DNA of 61,806 nucleotides, filler included, from Sphacelaria rigidula (taxonomy: Eukaryota), in the NCBI GenBank assembly GCA_964200075.2. It is 5 parts of 5 records of this genome, joined end to end, with 100 filler letters (N's around TTAATTAATTAA, not from the genome) between each part and the next. Parts side by side here need not be neighbours in the genome. Positions count along the whole stretch, not along the records: positions 37,147 to 49,426 come from CAXNAA020003928.1; positions 49,527 to 61,806 come from CAXNAA020003929.1; 3 more parts are not named here. One strand, given 5' to 3'. Position 1 is the first letter of the stretch. Every line of letters starts with the position of its first letter. Under the pieces are notes generated by a model. It was not told the DNA's origin. It did no database searches and was given only the letters and a program-made list of their open reading frames with translations. This document shows positions 39,331 to 50,199 of the stretch, one piece after another. The position numbers and the translations under genes were made by a program.

Positions 39331-39456
39331 CTGACCATGCAACAACCCCGCATGGTTGTGGAGAGTGGTGGCCAAATGAGGGTGCTCAGGGGCCAGAACC
39401 GCTTCCTGTATCGCCTGGCACCGCTTGTACAGTCGCGCAGCCTCGTCATACTTGCC
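39331..39456 (-). CDS. Single-TPR exon (126 nt, phase 0-0), cassette 3
   Basis: CTGCAG|GKYDEAARLYKRCQAIQEAVLAPEHPHLATTLHNHAGLLHGQ|GTGGGA. Confidence 0.88.
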
Positions 39457-39748
39457 CTGCAGTGCAGTACACCATGCAGCAACACCCTGCAACTGTCACC
39501 GTTGGGTCTACTACGGCGGCGAGACGCGCGCGCCACACCTCGCCAAGGGTATGCAGCTGACCAACGCTGTCTGTACAGGGACAACCGTACCACACCCGAC
39601 ATCGACGTTTCATAGCTACACGACTTGCCTCGCCGCACGAAATCTCTGGGGCGACGATGGCGTGAGGGACCAACGCAACAACATCAGCACTACACAACGA
39701 TTCTTGCACGCTGACATGCCACTACGAGAGAAAGACAATGCTCCCCAC

Positions 39749-39874
39749 CTGAGCTTGTACCACGTTCGCATGATTGTTGAGAGTGGTGGCCAAATCAGAG
39801 TGCGCCGGGCCAAGAACCGCTTCCTGTATCTCCTGGCACCGCTCGTACAGTCGCGCAGCCTCGTCAAACTTGCC
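39749..39874 (-). CDS. Single-TPR exon (126 nt, phase 0-0), cassette 2
   Basis: CTACAG|GKFDEAARLYERCQEIQEAVLGPAHSDLATTLNNHANVVQAQ|GTGGGG. Confidence 0.88.
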
Positions 39875-40168
39875 CTGTAGTGCAGTACACCACGCAGTAG
39901 CACCCTGCAACTGTCGACGTCGAATCTACTACGGCGGCGAGACGCTCATGCCACCGCCCCGCACGGGTGTGCGGCCGGCCAATGCTTCATGTGCAGGGAC
40001 AACCGTACCACACCCGACATCGACGTTTCATAGCTACACGACTTGCCTCGCCGCACGAAATCTCTGGGGCGACGATGGCCCACACAACCGGCGAATAATG
40101 TCAACACCACACGACACTGTTCATGCGTGGAGCACACACAACTATGGGAAAATTCTATCGGCTCTCAC

Positions 40169-40294
40169 CTGAGCTTCCAACACTTTCGCACGGTCGTGGA
40201 GCGTGGCGGCGTGATCAGGGTGCTCCGGGTCAAGCACACTTCCCTTCATCGCCTGGCACCGCTGGTACAATAGTTCAGCCTCGGTCAACTTGCA
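40169..40294 (-). CDS. Single-TPR exon (126 nt, phase 0-0), cassette 1
   Basis: TTGCAG|CKLTEAELLYQRCQAMKGSVLDPEHPDHAATLHDRAKVLEAQ|GTGAGA. Confidence 0.82.
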
Positions 40295-40987
40295 CTGCAA
40301 TTTAGTACACGTCGCACAAGCATGCTGCAACAGTCAAGTTATCTAAAACAGGTACCCTTTTGTGTTGTGAACGAAAAAGGGTCGTGCACTTTACGGTTTG
40401 GAGCGTGGCGGTTCAAGCGGGTTTGGCACGTCCAAACAAGGTTTCAGCCCCTGCGTCACGCCCAACATGCTAGGTCAACATGCCTGACTTCAGCTTCAAT
40501 ATTCAAGTTCGTACGCAAATTACTCAAACTCGGGTAGAGGAAATACCGAGTTTTTCCTAAAGTTGCCCACCCATGATGAGTGTTGATTCAAGCTTCAACT
40601 GTCTTGTCAAACCGACTTGCACTGTTTCCACCGCTGTCTCTCCCATGGAGTCACATATGTGGCCAGTAGAGTCGCTTATTTTGATAATGCCTACTCGACT
40701 ACTCGTCTACTTGATTACTCGATGATGATGAGTGGCCCTCTGTACTGAAAATGATATCGAAGGCGTGACGAGGTATCAAGAATTAACTGCCGTGGGTGGG
40801 GGCTGGTGAGATGGGGCGCTGGGGCAGGTGGGTTCGTTCACCTGCATGCTTCCTTCATTTTCTTATGGCCATCGTTCGCCCGTACTCCTTGTTGGCTGTG
40901 ATGTAACGTCGCCCATCTGACTGATGGCCATCATTCGCCCATGCATTCAACATAGTATGTAAAGTGACGTGACTAAGTCGCCGACTG

Positions 40988-41236
40988 TCAGGGGTACTCA
41001 ACATGCCCAAGGGGTATTTTGTGCTCTAGTACTACTGAGAGTGCCTACTCAATATTTGAGTAGAGTATTTGAGACCATACTCAACGTATTCGAAATTTGA
41101 GTTGAGTATTTGAGGCCGTATTCGACAAACTCGAAAATATGAGTCGAGGATTTGAGGCCGTACTCGATCTACTCAAACGTCGAGTAGAGTAAATACCTGC
41201 GTATTTTACACGAGTACTCAAAAGTACATACTCCCT
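40988..41236. repeat. GAGTA/TACTC-rich element with ~40-bp internal tandem units (probable MITE)
   Basis: GAGTATTTGAG(A/G)CC(A/G)TA recurs about three times at ~41-bp spacing, with many TACTC/GAGTA inverted words. Confidence 0.5.
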
Positions 41237-41276
41237 TCGACCTACCCTTGGAAGGTTCCAAGGGTGTGACAAATAT

Positions 41277-41513
41277 TGAGTCGTCTGGAAATTACTTGGT
41301 TTTAGTATGATGAGTCGACTCGTGACGAATTAATCCCTAGGCTTTAATTTAGCATTGCACACCAGGCACACGCAGCCCAGACTCGTGGAATGGGGCAAAA
41401 GTTGCGTGGATACCCCTTGGACCAGCGATCCACTTTTTTTCCTTTTTGGGCAATCAGGCCGAAGAAGTCGTGAATTTGGCGACTTTGAGTCGTGATGATT
41501 TGTCCTAACCGTG
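41277..41513 (+). repeat. ~230-bp dispersed repeat copy
   Basis: Matches 12672-12883. Confidence 0.9.
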
Positions 41514-42091
41514 GAAGGTTCGACTGCTGAAGGCAGAGGCGACGGAAGCCCTACTGTACCGATGCATGACGTGGGCCCCACGCCGCAAGCACCACAGGTT
41601 GCTGAGGACGGTGCAGCACCGGCTCCTCCTGCGAGTTATCGGATACCACCGCGTGCATGGCACATGCCGACAGTTATCATACGCCCAGGCCCTCAAGAAA
41701 GTCCGATGTTAAAGTGCTGAAGCCATCGTCCGACAACGGCAACTGCTGTTCGGGGGAGCACTGGCTAGACCACCGGACGAACGAGTACCGAAGCGGCTGG
41801 CATTCGGAACACTCGTGGGGGGGGGAGGATCCAGGACCAGGGTGCCCGGAGAAAAACTGGCTGAAGTGCCTGAGAGACAATTTTCAAGCTTTCGGAGCCA
41901 CGAACGGCTCTACGGACGACAGCCGACAGACGTTTGGAGTTGAAAGTGCCCTCTGGCCTTCGGCAGCGACGAAGGAAGGGGAGATACCACGGCACGCGGA
42001 GGTGCTGCAGGGTGCGGATGAGTTCATACCCTCTTGGGATACGAATGAGGAGGAGGCCAGCCGAATACGTGCAATTAGACGGGAGCTTTGA
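41514..42091 (+). mobile_element. 3' fragment of an RTE-like LINE ORF
   Basis: Manual translation gives KVRLLKAEATEALLYRCMTW...HRLLLRVIG...VRQRQLLFGGALAR..DERVPKRLAFG...GCPEKNWLKCLRDNFQAFG, the typical RTE post-RT region, with a stop and a frameshift. Confidence 0.85.
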
Positions 42092-42195
42092 GAAGAGCAG
42101 GGGGGTGATGAACGAATACGTAGCCAGCTTGTATCGAACTGAACATGGCGGATGTGGCAGGAATCCCCGTAATCTCCCCTTGCCTTTTTTTTTCT

Positions 42196-42469
42196 GAGCA
42201 ATGCTACGGTAGGGGTTGCACTCGTTCAGCGAAAACGTTTCTCGGGGCTGCTCGAGGTGTTGCACGGGTCATTTCGAGAATCGGCACCATTTTTACTTGA
42301 AAAAGAAGGTGACGCCGATTCACGAAAATGCCCCTGCATGCACGCACATCATGTTTCTAGGAGTCCGGTCCCTGGAGATTTGGGTTCTAGAGTAAGCCCC
42401 ATACATTTGGGCACCTACAAAAAAGAGACCTAGACACAAAAACTGCAACCCCCTACCGTAGCATTGCTC
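42196..42469. mobile_element. MITE with GAGCAATGCTACGGTAGGGG TIRs
   Basis: ~25-bp inverted repeats at both ends. Related to 995-1213. Confidence 0.8.
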
Positions 42470-43185
42470 CCTAATAATTGCTAACTTTTTATGCGCCACT
42501 TCCCCGAGGTGGTATGTTGTCATATGGTGATTTTCCTGTTATTCCTGGTATATTCGTACACATGGCTGCCCCTCTAAAGGGACGAGATTAGAACCCTGCG
42601 ATTCGTATCGCTATGGTTGGCTATCTTGGTCCCTGAGTTGGGCGGCCCAATAGGTCCTGCCTCCAGCAGCCCGAATGGTCTCATACAGCATCGGGACTTG
42701 AGAGCCTAGCAGTATCATTTTCCCTCCCTTTTCTTTCTAATTTATTTTTCCTTATGTCCCATTCATTTTTTTGTAACGCGTCTGTGTTAATTTTTCTGAA
42801 TACGATTTTATACCTTGTATTCCTTCCACTCCATGTTGGGGTAGTAGGCCTGTGACCATGAAAGGCGTCCATATCAGATGCCCAGTACAGAATACTGCCC
42901 AAATATCGGAACGATTCTTATGTCAAGACAACAATTACAACTACACACACGGCAACAGGCCGAACCGGGCGCGGGAAAGGTCACCTTAATAGAAAATCTG
43001 TTTTATCAACAAACGCGCCAGATATACCCTACTCCCAGCTAAAGCGTTATATTGCGCACTCTTTTGTTCACGTGCGTACTTCTTCATGTTCTTCGACGTA
43101 CACCTGCACGTCTGTTCTTGTTAAAAAGTATGAAAAGTCTTGTCATCACACGCCCGTACATACAACAGCCGATTATCGAGGTCGA

Positions 43186-43247
43186 GGAAATCAAAACCGT
43201 CGCACGGGAAATCAAAACCGTCGCACGGGAAATCAAAACCGTCGCAC
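43186..43247 (+). repeat. 21-bp tandem repeat x3 (GGAAATCAAAACCGTCGCACG)
   Basis: Direct read. Confidence 0.9.
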
Positions 43248-43260
43248 CCACACCAATGCT

Positions 43261-43527
43261 TCTAGATGTGGTTCCATCCCTTCATCTGCTGGTAGCAATC
43301 GACAACTACTACACACCATGAAATTTGGATTCCGATTACCGAAATTTGGAGGTTTTAGGTGAATAAAAAGATCTCGAGAATTCAAGTGGTCTGGCTGGAT
43401 CACCTAAATTCCCAGAATTTGTTTTTTTTCCTCGGACTCCCAAATTTCTGCCATCGGATCCCAAATTCAATGGCGTGTAATAGTTGGCAATAGCCACCAG
43501 CAGGTGAAAAATGGAACCATATCTTGA
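43261..43527. mobile_element. Imperfect foldback element
   Basis: ATGTGGTTCCAT...TTCATCTGCTGGTAGC vs GCCACCAGCAGGTGAA...ATGGAACCATAT form inverted arms. Confidence 0.7.
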
Positions 43528-45524
43528 CGAATTGGCGTGGATCCGACAATTTTTACTATACGGGTTTTCATCCTCAATGAAAAGCTCGATTCTCAATTTT
43601 GATGATCGGCATTCACACGCTATCGTGTGGAGGATCACCGGGCAGCGGGATCTCATGCGGTCGGGTGACAACAAGACTTTCCCTGCTGGAACTGCGCGAC
43701 AACCACCAGCACGCCACGATTTCTTGGTCGTTGGGCTTTGTGGTCAGGGCATACCCTTTTTTGTCTATTCCCTCTCAACATACTCAGAGTGGGGAATATA
43801 CGTCCTACCAATTCTCCACATATAACATCAGATTATAACTCAAACTTGAGGTGACAATCCCAAACTTACACGCTGCGCCAGCCTACAAACGGAATTGTAT
43901 GTTGCAGGCCGTTCACAGCTCAGTTTTGGGGATGTGTGGAAAATTGCAAGGGCATGATAAAAACACTCATTTGCGAAAAATGTTTTTTTCGCGAGTCAAG
44001 GACATATGAGCGTATACTAAAAAAATCACGGGTAACGCAGTTTCGATTCCTCATGGCCCTACGATTCTTCATACTGAAATTTGTCAGCGGAACTCCAAAA
44101 CCGAGCTGAGGACCTGTGTCAAAGCCCAAAAACGAAATTCAGCTTTTACACATACCGAGCTTCTTCCACTTTTGTTTTCAGTATGCGCTTGCGATACTCC
44201 AAATCAAATCTCGAAGCAAAACTCTGAATATTGAGGTGAGGATCCCAGATTAGTTTTTTCGATGCCTCTGCTCGTAATATATCGAAATGGTATCGAACGA
44301 GTATTTACGCCATATCTCGTTAGATGATGGCTTAGTTCAAGAGGGGGATATCCATCGTTACCCCGTCCTCGGGTAATGTATACATCAGAAATCATCATCC
44401 GCTGTACATATCGCTCAGGGTTTCGCATAGATTTCATCATATGGCGTCCATCCCCGTTCGTCGTAGGATTTATTCGTCATGGCGTTTGATCAACGAGAAA
44501 AACTTACCCACGCTGAGGAGAAGATGGGCGTCTGTCCCCTCCATTAGACGAAAAATAGCATGTGCCGACACCGGCTCAATTCGCCCGCGTCGACGAGATA
44601 CGTTCATATGCTGGCTCTGTCAGTGCATTAATCGTTGATACATCCTTCTCCCCTTCCAATCATGCAGCATGTATCATACGTGCAGCGCTTGTGATGCATA
44701 CGAGTTGACTTGAGCTTAGATGTTTCCTACCTATGCGATCCCCATTGCCATTCATGAGGTGCAAGTAGCTCGTACATTATTGGCATTCATGTTATTATAT
44801 TGGCACTTGTTTGTTTGGTACAGGTTTGTCGGTGGACTTTGTTAAATGGGTATGATGAAGGGTTGGGTACAGGTAGCGTATACGTGCGTGTACTACCACG
44901 AAGATATCAAGATAAGGTGCTGCACTTTTTAGCTGGTGTTTATTGCAGTATAGATTCTCTGAGTCTACTGCCTGACCAGCAGACAGCAGCAACTGCCGAC
45001 AGGGGAAGAGCAGCGGGATGAAACCTCTTGACTGCCGGAGGTGTCGATTTACGGAGGTGTCGATTTACTGAGTCCGCATTATTTTCAGTCCTTCATCAAG
45101 TGAAGGTAATGCCGATTCCACGAATAGATACCTCCGGGGTTCAAAATGTTGGTTGTTCATGATTGCCTGCTGCACTGTCGGGGCTGCGTGGTGCTGCCTG
45201 TGTTGTACTGTCTGTACAGCATCAGAACTACACCAAGAAATTGTTCATGGACATGGGCTGTGTTTGCCTCGTGTTCAATGCATTAAAACCTGGAATTGTC
45301 ATGGGAATAATCGAAATCCGTGGATACGTAAAGGCGAACCAGGTCACAACCAATTGCAACTGAGGTCACAACCCATGGGATGGTATACAACACACGGGCT
45401 TATTTTCACATGCAAAGTGAATGCTAGACTCGCAGTAGACTCTACTTGTTATTCCGAAAATGGTCATTTTCGCTGAGGGCAAGTTAGGACTTGGCCTGCG
45501 ATGTGGTGCCTCAACGTGACCGAC

Positions 45525-46680
45525 CGAAAATGAGCTGATGAGCTACGGGTTGGTGGCTAACCTAAGAAAATCATGCGTAGCTCATTCAGCTCTCATAGCT
45601 CACCCAGGAAGAATATGAGTGGATGAGCTTAACTCGATATACCGCCCGAGGCAAACATGTGTAGCTCGGGCAGCTCTTATAGCTCACCCAGGGAAACACG
45701 AGCAGATGACATCCGCCCGGTAGCTCACCCCGGGAACAAACGCTCATAGCTAACCCACGCCATGTGCTTAGCTAAGCCGGTGTCGCTCATCTTGTTCTAT
45801 TCTTGTTCGATTGGACGACGTAAATTATCATGAAGCTGTGGCTTTCTGCCTCGCGTTTTGCGGTGGGGGGACAAGAGCTCTACACGAATCCTCGTTCGCA
45901 TGGTCGACTGGTTCAAAACATGACAAAGATTCGCTGTCTTCAAAAACAGGCCAATTTATCCCTTTTGGCCGCTTGGCCGCGAGGGTACCAGTCCATCTGG
46001 TCATGAACACTTTTTTCAAGTGAAATTGAGGCCGATTCAACACATGACCTATGCTCGCCGTCAAAAGGTTTGAGCAATCGGATATTGAATGCGTGTTCAC
46101 TTTTTCCTCCACATCGGTCGCTTGCTGCGGAGGATGCAGATCCGCGGAACCATTTACGACTGAAGCGCCGCTGGAGCTGCTGACTTCGGCGATCGCCATG
46201 TGGGGCGGGTTGTGTGTGCGTGTGGTGGCTACGGTACTGGGGATGGCTTCTGATACGATCGATGGTGATGTTTACGAACGGCAAGTCCATCCCTGAATCA
46301 AACGAAAAGCAGGTGTCTACACATGCAACCAATTTCATGCATCAGCGTGCATGAGCATCGGAACAGAAACGACTCCAAAATCGGCATAGCTCCCGTAGCC
46401 ATTCAGCTCAACCAGGGTAGACATGCGCGGATGAGCTATGTCCAGCAGCTCATCCAAAGCAATTGTGCGTGGCTCATGTAACTCTCATAGCTCATCCAGG
46501 ACGAACGTGCGTAGCTCATGCAGCTCTCATAGCTCACCCACGGCGAATATGAGCTGATAGGCTACGAGTTGGTAGCTCACCTAGGGCAAACACGCGTAGC
46601 TCATGTTGCTCTTAAAAATCACCCAGGGAAAACATGCGCAGCTCATGCAGCTCTCATAGCTCACGATGGAGCTACGCTGG
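45525..46680. mobile_element. Non-autonomous element with (T)AGCTCA-rich ~40-bp repeat clusters at both ends
   Basis: Units like CATGCGTAGCTCATGCAGCTCTCATAGCTCACCCAGG cluster at 45525-45790 and 46385-46680 around a unique core. Termini not resolved. Confidence 0.5.
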
Positions 46681-46880
46681 AAAAGAAGTTCGAGCTACGA
46701 GTACAGGGAGTTGATCTGTCCGACATGTGGAAACCTTCAAGTAACATTTAGCATGAACAACTACACATCGAAGGACAACGTGCGATTATGCCATTCAGTA
46801 ACGTCAGTTCACAGGACCGCATGGCAGGTTCACCGTGATCCTACAAGCAGGATCATAAGCCGGAAACGCCTAGACAACGT

Positions 46881-48016
46881 TGTAGTGCGTGAGAGGACCG
46901 CGTGCTTTTTGAACCGCATCGGAATTTGAACACCCCAGGACCGAGGTGTCGGGAGGATCGCACGAACGCCGTCGATGCAAGGACCGCGCACCGAGCAAAC
47001 CTGGGCCGCGCATTCATCTAGCCAGGGGTGGCGAGACCAGGCGACGTGATTGGAGCGACACGACGACGACGTAGCGTGCCTCGAGAGGGAGGAAAGCGGG
47101 GATTCCAACACTGTAAACGTCAGGCACCAATAACTCACGGGGGGGTCACTCTTGCATGTGGATTGTGGTAGGAAAGACTTGGCAAGAGTGTATTCAAGTG
47201 ACTTGCCGGCAACCACCACGTCGTCATGACCGCATCGACGAACTAATGCTCGACACTCCAGGGTAACACGTGCCGATACGACCCATTTGCTCGCTGCTTA
47301 CAGGTACCATATACCGAGACGACAGATCTGCCTGGTACTTGCAAGTACTGAAATGAGGTTTACATGCGGTTCACTTTGTCATTCAATGCAGCTGAATCCA
47401 ACGTAAAGACACAAGTGAAGACCAAGTCACTGCGATGTCATCTCCGCGGAGGTGAAGAGGGTTGGTCGTCTTGACTTGGGTATTTACCTTGAAGACGCCT
47501 TGAATGACAAAATGAACCGCATGCAATCCACATTTCAGTACTTGCAAGTACGGAACAGATGGGTCGTCTCGGTATCTGGTACCTGGACGTACGGAGCAGA
47601 AGGGTCGGTTCGGCATGTGATCTCGGTGGATACCGCGCAGACGGGTTGTCTCGGCATTTGGTATTCCAAGTGCCGAGCATCAGCTACAGTCGATACGGTC
47701 ATACTGACGTGACAGGTGCCAACACTTTCCTGAAATAAAGTAGTGTCACCTGTCTCCCACCACAGCTCACATGCGACAGTGACTCTCACGTGAGTTACGG
47801 GATCATCACTAGTACAGTCTTGAAATCCCCGCTTTCCTCCCTTTCGAGGCACGCGACGTCGTCGTCGTGTCGCTCCAGTCAAAATGCACCCCCCAGGTTT
47901 GGTCGGGGCGAGGTTCTTGCATTGACGACGTCCGCGGGGCCCTCCCGACGCGTCGGTCCTGGGGTGTTCCAATCCCGATGCGGTCCAAAAGGCACGCGGA
48001 CCTTCCATGCATTACA
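46881..48016. mobile_element. 1136-bp whole-length foldback DNA transposon derivative, TGT...ACA termini, 4-bp TSD ACGT (Ginger-like)
   Basis: ACGT at 46877-46880 and 48017-48020. The arms are imperfectly complementary to a centre near CTCCGCGGAG (47442-47451). Confidence 0.85.
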
Positions 48017-48531
48017 ACGTGCCGACCACGCACCGCCAGGTGCGTTTACGCTACGGACAATTAGGAATATGAGCACAAGAGCCATTGGTCGGTACTTACC
48101 GTGGCTAGTGCTGCCATGTGCCTCACCTCGTGCTGTGATGATCACTGACTCGAGCGCTTGCTCTCCCGATGCTCTTTTGCCCCGAGTACCTGACGTGAGA
48201 GCTGTTGTTGCTTATTGTGGGAGCAGGCTGTTCAAAATAGTTGTGTCTACGAACAGAAGCCGACAGCATGAGCGGGGGAATTGCGGGGTTTTCGATTATT
48301 CTAGGAAAGTTACTGAGAACGTTTCCCGTGATTGAAAAAAGGTAAATTGTTCCGAGTTCACATTTTCATAACTGTGAGCGTACATATTGCGGATCTTTCG
48401 CCGACAGTAGGTGACAGGGCAGTGTTCTTCGCGCTACTCTCGTACTCGTCTCCCTCATCTCTTTTGACTAAATTTCCTACGTGTGGCCAGTAATCATGAA
48501 TGACTTGAAACACATCTTCTCACTTACTTAA

Positions 48532-49426
48532 CCCTTTTGGGACTGGCAATGGAAAAGTGCTGATTTGGAGGTGCTGGTTTTGAAGGACATATGGTTGATA
48601 GTTTTCAGCTCCTACACAGCACTATTTAGCCCAAGGCGTGTTTTTCAGACCCGCGCAAGTAAAACGTGGAAAAAAAGAAGGTTCTCTATTTTTGACTGTG
48701 CCGAAGAACGTTTTTTGTTCAATCCATCGGACTTTTTCAGCACCGCCAGTATGTGCGGAGGCGTGCTGACCTACAACAAACATAGTGCGGTGACAGTCTC
48801 GTACGACATTGTTCCCCAAGTACTGGGCCCACCCCTCTCAGTCATGCAGGCCATCCACACACAAGCATGGATGCCGCTGAGGAAAATATAGATACCGCTG
48901 AGGAAAATATAGAAATCATATCCGTGGTACAGACAGTGTTCCCGGGACCGCCAAATACAAAACGTGGGTCTGATATCGTGAAAGCGGTAAGCGATGAGGA
49001 CCGGAGCTTCTTTGAGCAGCTTGCACAAGAAGACCGTGGGGCAGCTGAATCGTCCACAACGCCAACGGCTTGGCGCCAAGCTGTGAGACCGTTTGGAAAC
49101 TGCGCTTATGAGTCCTTGTTGACGGCAGCACTGGGCCGCAATACGCCGGTGCCCGATGATGGGCGCATGGCACAGCTCGTCGCGAAGCTGAAAAAAGCCG
49201 TATGCGAGTACATGATGCAATCCATATGCGGTACTGTACTGTACAACACCCCTGACGAGGAGGCAAATCAAGACGGACATGGCATCACGGATTACGGCAG
49301 AAACATGGCGAGGCACCTGTTTCTCACGGACACGTACGAACACGAGCCGGATATCGAGGTGGAGAGGGACACCATCGGATGGTTTAGGAGGCATCTGAAG
49401 TGGGTGGCAGAACGTGAAGGTCTGTG
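48532..49426 (+). mobile_element. Left end of a piggyBac-type element (TTAA|CCCTTTTGG), truncated by contig end
   Basis: TTAA at 48528-48531. The first ~170 bp are homologous to the first ~170 bp of the complete MITE at 59466-59933. Confidence 0.7.
48867..49426 (+). CDS. OTU-like cysteine protease domain protein (3' truncated)
   Basis: Open to the contig end. VRPFGNCAYESLLTA resembles the OTU Cys loop (V.xDGNCxFxAl) and is followed by LKKAVCEYM (cf. LR..v..ym helix). The His motif is not reached. Confidence 0.55.
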
Positions 49427-49526
49427 NNNNNNNNNNNNNNNNNNNNNNNNNNNNNNNNNNNNNNNNNNNNTTAATTAATTAANNNNNNNNNNNNNNNNNN
49501 NNNNNNNNNNNNNNNNNNNNNNNNNN
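49427..49526. other. Artificial contig linker
   Basis: N44-TTAATTAATTAA-N44. Confidence 0.98.
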
Positions 49527-50199
49527 GGCGTGTTTTATAGCGTCATCGCCAACCGGCGCCAACCCCATTGGGGGTCCGCCCTTACAAAGCTAGGATGATT
49601 CCGGGGGGGGGGAGGGTGTTAGTCTAGACATAGCACACCTTCGTGTTTTCTCCCAGAATCGGTACCATTGCCATGCAGTGATACAAAAATAGAGAACCGT
49701 TCATATTTTACTTTATCCTTGGCTTCCATCGCTTCTGCACGTTGGTTCGTCCCTGTTATCTCTTCCTGTCTCTCGCTCCTTCTCACTCGCCTTTTTTTCC
49801 CTTCTCAAGTCTTCGTGCTCATGGTAGCAGTATCTGCTCCTTGCTTCCGTAGGGCAGTTGGATGAAAGCTCGTGCCTATCTGGTGTGGCTCCGAAGTAGC
49901 TGAGCCGCACTTTGCCTCCACGACCATTTTGTTTGTTTCGTGTATCGGTGTACATGCTTTTTGCGCACGGTCTTTTCACCTGAAGCCATGCTGCAGGGGT
50001 GGGCCATTTCTGGTTGATTTTCCATCGGGGCCGGTGTTTGTTTTTCTTCCTAGTTTTGCTTTTGTTTTGACTCTTTCTCTCTCTTTTTTTTCCGCACACC
50101 TTTTTCAGTTCGCTGCTTTTCTTATTGTTCGTTTGTTGTATGTTTGATTTCTTCTTGTCCAGCGTGTGTTTCCGTTTTGTTGGCCCTGGGTACGTCTTG

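Noticed and set aside
40842-40920. Possible fifth degenerate TPR exon (GRRYITANKEYGRTMAIRK, CAG|GTGA donor)
   Set aside because: Contains a stop, has the wrong length and lacks the cassette intron; the similarity is too weak.
45220-45342. Isolated 123-nt exon-like segment (PGIVMGIIEIRGYV, faintly ASCH-like)
   Set aside because: Weak donor and no phase-compatible neighbours found.
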